Below, one piece after another: positions 34,816 through 44,513 of a stretch of 64,000 nucleotides of DNA; the stretch's first letter is position 1; each line of letters begins with the position of its first letter. Source of the DNA: Williopsis jadinii (lineage: Eukaryota). The notes beneath the pieces were generated by a model, which was given only the letters and a program-made list of their open reading frames with translations, had not been told where the DNA came from and searched no databases. Location: contig AP024666.1 of assembly GCA_024346625.1 (NCBI GenBank), positions 1,674,001 to 1,738,000 of the forward strand, written 5' to 3'. The position numbers were made by a program, and so were the translations under genes.

Positions 34816-34845
34816 GCAAGCGCCTCGTGTTTTATAAAGCAAGCC

Positions 34846-37280
34846 ATGGCCTCTCAGTTCTTCAAAGATGCCCACAGTGGCAACAGGTTCGTCCCACGCT
34901 CTCTATCGTTGAACTTGGGTGCCTCGTTCGCATCCGCCGGTGTTTCTGCTGTTGCCGCTGTGCCTTCCGCTGATGTTGATACCCACGGTGGAAGCGGTGT
35001 TCAGAGGCCTCAGACGCTCGATGATTCCACAGATTCGCATTCCAGCTCGAGAGATACGTCCACTGCGCCTTCAACTGTTGTGTCTTCGAATTTTTTCCAC
35101 GCCAAAAGAGCCGTAAATGACACAGGTCCTGGTGGAGTTGTTGGTAACGGCTCGTCTGGTCACATGGAAAAGGTGTTCAAACTCAACGTGAGACCCCTAC
35201 ACCCTTCTCATGAAGAGGGAGACGACATTGAAATCACCGATATTAGAGAGATCTCTAACCCTGATTCTTCCAGAGGTGAAGACAATACGGACGAGTCTCA
35301 ACTGGAGACATCATCGTCGAGTGATTTGTTGATGGATGCCTTGGTCAAATCGCAAAAATTATGCAATGGGTTGAAACAGAAATTAGAATGTGCAAATTTG
35401 AAGATCCAGTCACAATGTGCATTTATTGAATCCCAACTGAGTACTATCGAAACCATAAAGGGCAGTTTCAAAACCTTCAAAACAAGCATGGCCTCTATTC
35501 AATCAAACCTTGTCCAGTTGAAAGATTCTAGAAGATCTGATAATGATATCATCAACACGTTTAAAGTTGAACACTCTGGAGTTTTGGAAAATATATCCAA
35601 CGTGAAGTCCGAAATCACCAGCATCAAGAAGAGGATCGATCACATAAGACAATTAAAGGCAGCTTGTACTTATGAATTCGATAAAAGTATACAGACCAAA
35701 TCATCATCAGGATTTGTTATCTTACCCATGAGCGGTTTTACTAACAGCGAAATCTACAGAATCTGGAGAGGTGAAGGCCTTACAAGAAAGGTTGGATGAA
35801 ACGTCTGGTTTGCTTTCAGAACAAAAAATCAAATCATTAGATCTTGAAAAGAAACTTGAAAGTTGTCGTCTCAATTATGATACCAGAGTTAAAGACCTTT
35901 CCTTTGATGTTGTTTCATTTGAAAAAAATGTTATAACAAAGTTGAACGAAACCGACAATTCCATCAAAGTGAAGATTGACAACCAATTCATATCAGGTAT
36001 TAAACCTGTGATGGATTCGATTGAGAAAACCGTGGAGGCCAAGTTCATCAGCTTGACTGAAAAGTAACTACTGATACCGTTTAATCTTTTGAAAGGATTA
36101 TGATTCAATGTGCTAACTCATTTTTTTTACTCTTTATAGATTTGTCGATTCTTTCCAGATAAGTGATGACCAAAGATTAAGACTTGAGAAAGCGCTTGAA
36201 ACAACTATTCCATCGATCAATGACCAAGTTATAGAATTGAAGGGATTGTTGGAGACAAAGTTGAACAATTCTATGAACAAGTCTACAGAATTGGAAAAAA
36301 TAATGTCTAAACTTGAAGATTCTTTTAAAGCCTTGAAAAAAGAACTACAGTCATCTCACACTCTGGATAAGAAAGAATCGGCAAAGCACTTCAGAGCTTT
36401 AGAAAATGGAATTGCCAAACTTGATAAGGTTATCAAGGATCAAAATCTGAAAAATGATAGTTTTGAAAACATATGCTGTGAAACTGTTGAGCTTTCAAAG
36501 TCTAAAGGAGAATTGCAAAGAAGAATTGAAATGCTGGAAACTCTGAAGGAGGCTATGGAGGCTGATTTAAAGATTAAAAACGAAAAGATTAAAACTTTAC
36601 AACTTACTAACAATACAGAAGGAAAAGATGTTTCTCAATTACGTAAAAAGATTGCTAAACTCGAATCTGAGTTGAAGAATACAGAACTGAAGTTATCTAA
36701 GGAGATATCCATGAATGAGGGTAAAATAAAAGTACAAGAGGATCTCTCCAACTCAGCAATCGAGGAGCGTGATGATGTTTACAAACAATTCGATGCACTC
36801 CAGGAGAAGATTTCTGACCTTAATGCACAGTTGACAACATATCAGAACATCGAATCAGAGAAGAAACAATCCGAGGAGGAGTTTCAGAAGAGCTTTGAAA
36901 CAAAGGAAACAACAATTTTCCTTCTACAAAGGGAAAATGACGAGCTCAAGGGAGAGCTTGATGAGTTAAAGACCCAGATCAACAGTTCAAAGAATCTTGA
37001 AATCGAGGATCTTGAGAATACGTTGGCTTCACCTTTGAAATTGAATCCATTCATAACAAACCGGTCGGAATCTGCGATGGCAGCAGCACCAGGGTCATCA
37101 ACATCCAAATCAAAGAAGAGAGTATTCTCTAACAAAAGCAATCCGTCTGCTTCCACTATTGCACAGACAAATGCAGATCTCATCGACGATTTTGATATAG
37201 AAGATGACCTTCCAAGTGCACAACCAGAAGTCATATTCAAACCGAGAAGGTATACAAAGAGGAAGAGAACTTGCAAATGA
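34846..37280 (+). CDS. ZIP1: Synaptonemal-complex transverse filament protein Zip1; 3 exons (34846-35686, 35760-36063, 36140-37280), ~761 aa
   Basis: The N-terminus MASQFFKD...FVPR and DIEITDIREI resemble Zip1 (MSNFFRD...FKPR, DIEITEVREV), followed by a long coiled coil. Introns 35687-35759 (GTATAC..TACTAAC..CAG) and 36064-36139 (GTAACT..TGCTAAC..TAG) join three ORFs in frame. The convergent neighbour is YDR286C-like, as in S. cerevisiae. Confidence 0.8.
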
Positions 37281-37334
37281 TGAATGAGCAATATATACAA
37301 GACTAATTACAATGCTATTTCAAGAGAGCTAACT

Positions 37335-37685
37335 TCATTCCCTTTCAATCTCCTCCCATACCCGTTTTCCATCCAACCGGTGCATCATCTTCACCCGCTC
37401 ACCTTTAGTGTCATCAATGTGCAAGACTGGAACATCAAAGCAGTATTTATCCCACCAGTGTGTATTCATAACATCTGAGATGTCCACGTACTTAAACTCA
37501 ACGTTTTTTTGTGGGAATTCCTCAGAGTCTATTATGTCCATCATCACCTGTTTAGCCCTATCGCACAACCCACACCCTTCCTTACCAAAAAGCGTTAGAA
37601 CCTTCCTTGGTTGCTTATAACAGTACTGTGAAGTCGAGATTGACCGTATGAGCCGCTGTCTATGTGTGATTATTCCTCGCAACAT
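37335..37685 (-). CDS. MGP12: Mitochondrial glutaredoxin-like protein (YDR286C/DUF836 type)
   Basis: Mitochondrial-like presequence, LTLFGKEGCGLCDRAK, WWDKYCFDVPVLHI and MHRLD. Confidence 0.85.
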   Translation of the reverse strand: MLRGIITHRQRLIRSISTSQYCYKQPRKVLTLFGKEGCGLCDRAKQVMMDIIDSEEFPQKNVEFKYVDISDVMNTHWWDKYCFDVPVLHIDDTKGERVKMMHRLDGKRVWEEIERE

Positions 37686-37883
37686 TGCTCTTTCTTTTCG
37701 AATTGATAATATCTATGTTCTTCCTTCTCATATCATCTCGTCTGGAGACACCTAAAATCATCATCAACTTTCTAACATTGGCGAGAAGCTACAAAAAAAC
37801 ATCCGCACACCAAGACTATACAGAACCAAGGAAACGACTACATCGTGAAGTGGGTTACATGACAACTTGACGATAACATAGGC

Positions 37884-39569
37884 CTAATTATACGTCCACG
37901 ACCTGACTGGTGATGAGATGTTTGAGCTTGTATTTGTCTTCCACGAGCCTGGTCTCAAAGGTCTCTCAGCTAGCGGATCCAGTCCTTTTAAGCCGTTCCC
38001 ATTTGCAATACTGTGCAGGTTATAGGTCTGGGTGCCAGCAGTTGGAGCTGTATCTATTACTGACACTGATCCGCCATGGACTTCATCGTACCAGTCTTGG
38101 ACCACTGGCATTCTCCGAGCCAATATTTCGCATATTCTTTCAGTTTTATCCCTTATTGAACGGGCGTTGCGGACCCAGAGTCCTGATTGGATCAAATACT
38201 TCAAATTCGCATCCTGATCCCTAACCATTGAAGGTATTGTAAAGATATCACCGTTAGTTTGTAATTCCACAAGTCTTAACAACAAGGAATAGCACAATTT
38301 GGTTAGTTCCGAGTCTTCTGTGAACTCGACAGCTTGTTTGAATATTGGAATAATACTTGTTGCATCTAGCATACTGGAATGAGAAATCATATGTCTTAGC
38401 AATGTCTTTGTCTTTGAGACTGTCATTATTAAGGTGTCCCTATCCAAGCGACCTTGAACTGTATAGAGCCCCAATCTCATGTTGATCAAATATCTTATAA
38501 GCACAGCATGGCTCTGTGCTATTGGGTCAGGATGCCTCCAATGTACTCTAAATAACTCCAATATTCGAGAGTCGTTTGATTCGCCGAAGCTCCAATGAGA
38601 GTAGCAGTACTGAATAACCATCTCAATCAAGCTTCTAGCCAAATAGGTGTTCACCTGTTTCAACAATTCAAATATTTCACCAGTGTCAATGATGAAATCC
38701 ATAGTCTCATTGAAGCTCTGCAAAAAGATGGTACTATTCTCCATAGAACAACAGTTTGCCAGTAATGATATTAACCGCAATAGGGTAATCTTTTTGCTCA
38801 GTGGGTCCAAGCCACCTCTCGAGCTTAGCCCTATACAGATTTCTTCAACAGTTTTCTCTGCAGTTTCAGCACTGTGGAAACGCAACGGCTTAAGCTGTAC
38901 TGAAGAGCTTATAGTCAGTGCGATAGTATCCGATTTAATCAATCTTTGACTCAATAGAGGTATTCCATCGAACTCAGCAGGCTTAAAGGAGAGTAATTCA
39001 TCAAGCTCGTACGTTATCTTGTTCAAATGGTCGGACTTTGCCTTTCTCATGATCCACTTGTTCAAACTCGACGGCGAATGGTTCGGCGAGAGTCTCACCA
39101 CGTCGATCCTCCCGTCGTCCTGGAGTCCATCCTGTTCATATTCCGGATCTTTCTGCTCTTCAACTCCCCTCCTCATATCGTTCAGGTTGCCCGTGAGACC
39201 ATTCAACACAACAGATCTATTAGACCATATGGAGCCATTCGATAACAACTTCCTCCTGTTCTGGAGGGACCAGGTATACTCCCGTATCCCAAACGCAATA
39301 CACGTAACCAACGTATAGCTCAGCAAGAGCAATGCGAATATCGTCATGGCCTGTATAAGACAATCAGACTGCGAGGAGTGTCTTCTCTGTGTATCGCTCC
39401 TATGAGCCGTCTTATCTTCAAAAAAACCCATATGATAGAGATCCGATTGTACGCCTGGAATGCCTCTGTTCATGCTGAGCATCTCGTAGTACTCTCCTGC
39501 CTCGTCGTCCTCCTTCACATGAACACCACTGGCATCAACAAACAAAGAGTGCGAAGGTGGCAAGCCCAT
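37884..39569 (-). CDS. Hypothetical protein (~561 aa) with one N-proximal TM segment
   Basis: Long uninterrupted ORF with first in-frame ATG at 39569 and a hydrophobic stretch (LIQAMTIFALLLLSYTLVTCIAFGI). I recognise no family. Confidence 0.7.
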   Translation of the reverse strand: MGLPPSHSLFVDASGVHVKEDDEAGEYYEMLSMNRGIPGVQSDLYHMGFFEDKTAHRSDTQRRHSSQSDCLIQAMTIFALLLLSYTLVTCIAFGIREYTWSLQNRRKLLSNGSIWSNRSVVLNGLTGNLNDMRRGVEEQKDPEYEQDGLQDDGRIDVVRLSPNHSPSSLNKWIMRKAKSDHLNKITYELDELLSFKPAEFDGIPLLSQRLIKSDTIALTISSSVQLKPLRFHSAETAEKTVEEICIGLSSRGGLDPLSKKITLLRLISLLANCCSMENSTIFLQSFNETMDFIIDTGEIFELLKQVNTYLARSLIEMVIQYCYSHWSFGESNDSRILELFRVHWRHPDPIAQSHAVLIRYLINMRLGLYTVQGRLDRDTLIMTVSKTKTLLRHMISHSSMLDATSIIPIFKQAVEFTEDSELTKLCYSLLLRLVELQTNGDIFTIPSMVRDQDANLKYLIQSGLWVRNARSIRDKTERICEILARRMPVVQDWYDEVHGGSVSVIDTAPTAGTQTYNLHSIANGNGLKGLDPLAERPLRPGSWKTNTSSNISSPVRSWTYN

Positions 39570-39641
39570 GTTCTTTTGTGGTATCAACAGTGTAAACAAT
39601 GACACAAAGAGCAACAGCAACACATAGCAAAAGAGCACTGT

Positions 39642-40592
39642 TCAGAGCATACCACCTGGTGTCGAGGTGCTTCTTGTATCCTGCAATGTGTAGTCGACCT
39701 GTCTGAGCATGATAGCTGGGTGTTCGCCCTTCTCTTTGAGCTCTTTGAAGATCTGGACGGGTTTCTCGTCCAGCTTGAGCATTCTCTCCTTATCGCCATA
39801 GCATATGACAAGGGCGTAGTTTCTCCAGTCGTCGTTCAGATGGTGGCGTTTCATGGCTGCCTGTAGCACCTTTGAGCACGGGTCGTCCGTTGAGGCTCTG
39901 AGCTGTTTGAGAGGCTCTGAAACCGGCTGCTGTGGTTGCTTCGCAGTCGAGTGTCCGTTATGAGAGCTTAGCGAGGACATTGAGGGATTCGAGGCGAGCG
40001 TTGGTGAGCGCACAGACCTCCTCTTATCAACACCACGTAGAGTGTTTGAATCCACAGGCGAATGGCCATGGCTCATTGACAGTGCCGACGCCGACGCTGG
40101 TGTCATTGTGGCTGCCGATGTTGAGGTCAATGTTGACGTTTGAATGGTGGAACCTCTTTTGGATTGGCTGGTTGGTGATCCTAGATTGAAAGGCGGCGAC
40201 GACAGCTTGTCAGGTGTCGGCAGAGGTTTAACAAACTTACCATTAGTCATGGATTCGTCATCCTTGGCCTTATTCATCTCGTCTCGCAATTCCCTAACAA
40301 CACCATCGAGGCTACGTTGGAGAGCCCTTTCAACTTGGTCCAGTAACTGCTGTGTGCTCAGTCCATCGTTCAAAGACATGCCGTTGTCTATCAGCAGTCT
40401 GTTTATCTCCAACTTGATCTTTATCCTCTCGTCAATTGAAAGTGCCATCTCCTTCAAATGCTCGTCTTTGACGAATGGCAGCGTTTCGCCAGTGATGTTG
40501 TGCTTTGTGAACACGGTTATAACCTGGTGACTGAACTGTAGCTGTGTGAGCCACTGTTCAATTTCCACTGGCCCCCATTGTAAGAATGACAT
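39642..40592 (-). CDS. STE50: MAPK adaptor with SAM and Ras-association domains
   Basis: ATG at 40592 (MSFLQWGPVEIEQWL..., SAM domain). C-terminal RA domain EPLKQLRASTDDPCSKVLQAAMKRH...ICYGDKER...HPAIMLR. Syntenic with MXR2/LSB5/HIS4. Confidence 0.92.
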   Translation of the reverse strand: MSFLQWGPVEIEQWLTQLQFSHQVITVFTKHNITGETLPFVKDEHLKEMALSIDERIKIKLEINRLLIDNGMSLNDGLSTQQLLDQVERALQRSLDGVVRELRDEMNKAKDDESMTNGKFVKPLPTPDKLSSPPFNLGSPTSQSKRGSTIQTSTLTSTSAATMTPASASALSMSHGHSPVDSNTLRGVDKRRSVRSPTLASNPSMSSLSSHNGHSTAKQPQQPVSEPLKQLRASTDDPCSKVLQAAMKRHHLNDDWRNYALVICYGDKERMLKLDEKPVQIFKELKEKGEHPAIMLRQVDYTLQDTRSTSTPGGML

Positions 40593-40719
40593 CCTTGACC
40601 TTCCAAGCTGTGCTGATTGCCCGAGGTTCTTGGAGGCTGTTCTATGGCTGATGGAATGTTTAGTACTCAACCTTCGTGTTCGGAATTTATAATTCTCTCG
40701 GAAGGGACGTCGGAATTGT

Positions 40720-40796
40720 TGACCACTGGCTACTGACCACTGACCACTGACCACTGACCACCGGCCACCGACCACTGACTACTGACCACTGACTAC
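40720..40796. repeat. 7-bp minisatellite (TGACCAC)x11, degenerate
   Basis: Eleven in-register units (TGACCAC, TGGCTAC, CGGCCAC, CGACCAC, TGACTAC) between EMI1 and STE50. Confidence 0.9.
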
Positions 40797-40874
40797 CGAT
40801 TAACATAAGCGTAATCATCAAGGCCGGTTCCTATGTACACACACTAAGCCCTCTCCACATATAAACACACACCT

Positions 40875-41193
40875 TCACTTCAACTCCCACACGTCCTCCG
40901 AGCTTCCTCTCAACCTCTTCTCCTGTAGCTCTTCCCTGTACCAGTTCTGTACTTTCACGGGATCTGAATTCATTATACAGAATCTGAACTTGTTGAACTC
41001 CTTTACACAGTCGTTCATATGTCCATAACGGTAGTAATGTTTCAGCTGTCCTCCAACGGAGTAGCATCCAGCTAATGCATCAAAGCATTGCGTGCACGAC
41101 ATGGTCGTCTACCAAGCTCAGTTAGTCATGATGATCCACCACACATTCGCTGATGAAGTCACTCACTGGGAAGTCGCTGTACTCTTTGTCCAT
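40875..41193 (-). CDS. EMI1: Early meiotic induction protein 1 (twin-Cys motif); 2 exons (41193-41167, 41108-40875), 86 aa
   Basis: Intron 41166-41109 (GTGAGT...GACTAAC...TAG) gives MDKEYSDFPTTMSCTQCFDALAGCYSVGGQLKHYYRYG...GSSEDVWELK, matching Emi1 motifs. Confidence 0.88.
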
Positions 41194-41353
41194 CGCTGGT
41201 GTAGTCCTGGTTTGCTGACAGTTCAGTAGCCGAGAGTACTGGGTATTAAATCATGGAGCAATGAGGTAAAGAGGTTGAAATTTTCTTCTGGTTTCGCACG
41301 TAGATGTTCCTCCCTCTCTCTCTCTGTTGCACTATTAGGGACACTGGACGTAT

Positions 41354-41773
41354 ATGTTTAAGCTGTCTAGAGCACTAGCAATGTCTGTGAAGAAGACGGA
41401 GAGCCAATGGAGAGCTCAGCTGAGCCCCTTACAATTTGCAGTGCTGAGACAATCAGCTACGGAACCTTCCGGCCTATCAAGACTCCAAGACGGGTCCAAT
41501 GGTGTGTATCACTGCGTAGGATGCGATAATCCTCTCTACAAAGCAGATCAGAAGTTCAACTCTGGCTGCGGATGGCCATCGTTCTACGAGGAGATTCCAG
41601 GCTCCATACGCCTGCTCGAGGATAACTCTCATGGGATGCAAAGAACCGAGATGAGATGCTCACGGTGTGACGGACATCTGGGGCACGTCTTCAAGGGCGA
41701 GGGCTTTGGAGGTGACAAGGACGAAAGACACTGTGTTAATGGCATTGTTCTACAGTTTAAGCCGTTGGAATGA
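41354..41773 (+). CDS. MXR2: Methionine-R-sulfoxide reductase MsrB
   Basis: Two CxxC motifs, KFNSGCGWPSF, GHLGHVFKGEG and RHCVNG. Confidence 0.95.
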   Translation: MFKLSRALAMSVKKTESQWRAQLSPLQFAVLRQSATEPSGLSRLQDGSNGVYHCVGCDNPLYKADQKFNSGCGWPSFYEEIPGSIRLLEDNSHGMQRTEMRCSRCDGHLGHVFKGEGFGGDKDERHCVNGIVLQFKPLE

Positions 41774-41793
41774 TACGTTCTATTGATAGCACT

Positions 41794-42186
41794 CTATAAC
41801 TTCAACAATTTCTTCAACTCTCCGCTCAATTTCAACTCTTGTAAGTCAGAATTGCCTCCAATGTGCTTACCACCGATGAAGATGTTTGGCACTGTAGACT
41901 GGCCCGTCAGCTCCCTCAGGTACGACTGAATCTCGGACCCTTCGTCCATCTGGTTCAATTGCAGCACGTATGGCTTCACTCCGAGCTGATCAAACGTCTT
42001 CAAGGAGGCCTGGCAGTAGGGACAGTACGACTTTGAAGCAACAAACACTTCATGGCTCTTTATGGCCTGCTGAACGGTATTAATTATCTCCTTGGACACC
42101 ATCTTTGGAGGAGAGAACTGGGCTTTGACTCTTTGGATTAGTTTGAACAATATGAAAACAGCTAAAAGGATATAGATCAACTCCAT
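41794..42186 (-). CDS. GRX2: Dithiol glutaredoxin with a hydrophobic N-terminal extension and a second in-frame ATG at 42102
   Basis: CPYC active site and TVPNIFIGGKHIGGNSDLQ. The ...SPPKMVSKE junction mirrors the S. cerevisiae Grx2 dual-start architecture. Confidence 0.88.
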   Translation of the reverse strand: MELIYILLAVFILFKLIQRVKAQFSPPKMVSKEIINTVQQAIKSHEVFVASKSYCPYCQASLKTFDQLGVKPYVLQLNQMDEGSEIQSYLRELTGQSTVPNIFIGGKHIGGNSDLQELKLSGELKKLLKL

Positions 42187-42504
42187 ACAAAAGGTTGCCA
42201 ATGCTATATCGTTGTTGATGTCTATGAGCCGGGCCCTCTGTTTAAGATGGGAAACAAGCTCTCCAAGGGGGAAATTGCTGTGGCTCAGTGGGTGGAGGCC
42301 GCGGCGGGAGGCTGAGGAAGTGGCAAAAGAGGCCATGCTTACTAAGCGATGTCCGGGTGTATAGGTGTCCGGGTTTTGTGTGTGTGGTGTCCAGGTGTGC
42401 AATTGCCAGAGCAACGTTGATGTAAATGGTTACAAGCTGCATCCCCCCTAAAACGTCTTAAAACCATCAACAAATCAACAGAAAAAGGGTTACAAAGGAG
42501 GAAA

Positions 42505-43623
42505 ATGGGTGTTTTCACTGACCATCCACATACTGCAATCACCGAGAGGATCAATTCCATCATCAGAGATGAAGAATTGGACCCAGAGATTGAAATTCCA
42601 GAGCTGTTGGGCCTTATCACTCTTCAGTACTCTGGGCCAACAGAGGCAGCCAGGGCGATGAGAAAGAAGTTGAAGTACGGTAACAGCATGGAACAAGGTC
42701 GTTCTCTGGAGCTGTTGAACTTGGTTGTGGTCAACGGAGGCCCGAAGCTGGCTGAGCTATACAACGATCGGAAACTGCTGGAGCTGCTGCGCTTCATGGC
42801 CAATGACCCCACGGTGAACATGCAGTTGAGAAAGGGGATTATTGGGTATGCCATTGTGTGGAACGAGGAGTTCCAAGGTAAGAGGGAGTATGCTGGCGTC
42901 GTTAACCTGAAGAGCCAGCTGCCAAAGGCCAGAAGGGTTAGAAAGAAAAGAAGAGACGATTTCATGGATGATGAGGCGCTGAGTGATGATAACGATAGTT
43001 ACAATGATGAACGCTCCACTGCATCTTCATCCTCTTCGTCTAACCGTCACCATCAGCAGCAGCAGCAGCATCAGAGACAGCAAGTAACCAGAACCACCAG
43101 TCCTAACGACAAGTACAGGATTCCAAAGATCAATTTAACAAAGGAAGGCCCAAAGATCAAGGCGTTGATCGCTGAGGCCTCCAAGTGTTCCACGGATCTC
43201 AACAATGCACTGCAATCTATTAACAGATCTCGTGGTCAATTGAGCTCTGATGATCCGAGATGTTGCCAGTTGTTCGACAAGACTCGTATTGTTAGAAGAC
43301 GAATCTTGAGATACCTGCAACTGGTTGAATCTGAGGAGTTCTTGGGGTCGTTGATCCATTCTAATGAAGAATTGGTTGCTGCTCTGCAAAAGTACAGTGA
43401 ATATGCATCTGTTCCGGGTCAGGACTCTACTGATGATTATGAATCTGTCAGTGACGATGACGACGATGATGATGACGACGACGACGTCCGTAGTGAGACT
43501 ATCAGCGTTTCTGAATCGTTAGCCTCAAGAATGATTGAGCAACATGCCAGAAGTAAGATCTCTGCCGGTAATGACCCATTCAGTGATATTAACCGTGTTG
43601 ATGAAACTGCTGGGTGGAGATGA
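42505..43623 (+). CDS. LSB5: VHS/GAT-domain endocytic adaptor
   Basis: MGVFTDHPHTAIT, EAARAMRKKLKYG, RYLQLVESEEFLGSLIHSNEELV and C-terminal NDPF, plus conserved synteny. Confidence 0.92.
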   Translation: MGVFTDHPHTAITERINSIIRDEELDPEIEIPELLGLITLQYSGPTEAARAMRKKLKYGNSMEQGRSLELLNLVVVNGGPKLAELYNDRKLLELLRFMANDPTVNMQLRKGIIGYAIVWNEEFQGKREYAGVVNLKSQLPKARRVRKKRRDDFMDDEALSDDNDSYNDERSTASSSSSSNRHHQQQQQHQRQQVTRTTSPNDKYRIPKINLTKEGPKIKALIAEASKCSTDLNNALQSINRSRGQLSSDDPRCCQLFDKTRIVRRRILRYLQLVESEEFLGSLIHSNEELVAALQKYSEYASVPGQDSTDDYESVSDDDDDDDDDDDVRSETISVSESLASRMIEQHARSKISAGNDPFSDINRVDETAGWR

Positions 43624-43667
43624 ATCGTCTCCAGTGCTCATTTTCTCCTATTCTCTACATTAATTCA

Positions 43668-44342
43668 TTAATTCATTAATTCCAGTGAAATGTTTGTTGC
43701 AAACCTCTCCAATTTCTGCAATTGATTAACAGTGTTGGTTTTCATATCCATCGCAGTTATATCACCAAGCCAACTATTCGTCAGCTTTAATACAACGTTA
43801 TTCACTGTTGATTGAGTATTGAGGACACCAAAATTGGTGGAATCACATCTGTAATTCGAGAGTAGCTGGAGCCTTGAAAGATATCCATGATGAATGACAC
43901 TATCTCTAGGGAATTTGTACATTATAAAGAGAATATACATTCACTAATCTCCTGAGGTGACCTCTACTTCTAAAAGGAGCTTATTAGTATAAGTCAAATC
44001 CATTCTGTTTGTTGAAGCCTCGACATTTGATAAGTTTCCAGTGTATATGAATGGTTGAATATATGGCATTACCCATTAGACATGATGGTAGAACCTTTCA
44101 GCCCATTTTGAACTAGATATTACGTTATAAATATAAATAATTGAAATATAATCTTCCATTATTTGGAAAAAGTATGCGTCTGATTTATATTAGAATATTC
44201 AACAGCTAAAAATATTGATAAATAATGTAGAATAATTAGTATAAACCACTAAATTATCAATCCAACATTGCTGTCAATAACTTATTAGACCATATTCAAC
44301 AAATCTATAATCATTTAAACCATTTTAATTATTAAAATGCAA
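43668..44342 (-). pseudogene. Putative degraded totivirus (L-A-like) capsid/Gag sequence (endogenous viral element)
   Basis: One 225-codon frame with 7 internal stops, strongly AT-rich. Four blocks align collinearly by eye with ScV-L-A Gag as I recall it (e.g. YTNYSTLFINIF vs YDNHVALLMNML; YILFIMYKFPRDS vs FVLMMMSKWHRRT). Not confirmed by any search. Confidence 0.5.
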
Positions 44343-44513
44343 TTAGATTGAGCATATCGTCAACTTGCGACAACGGTGGAAACCTCATGCTGACATAAAA
44401 CATTAATACAGCACACAGATACCCTGAAAGCACGTGGTACTACAAGCCAGTGGTTCTTCCTGTATAACATTGGTGATTAGTGTATAATGTTATGTCTATA
44501 TATATATATTGTT

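Noticed and set aside
43668..44470. Intron-containing cellular gene or centromere in the AT-rich LSB5-HIS4 spacer
   Set aside because: TACTAAT/TAG-like signals exist, but the putative middle exon has stops in all three frames, and there is no CDEI-CDEII-CDEIII layout.
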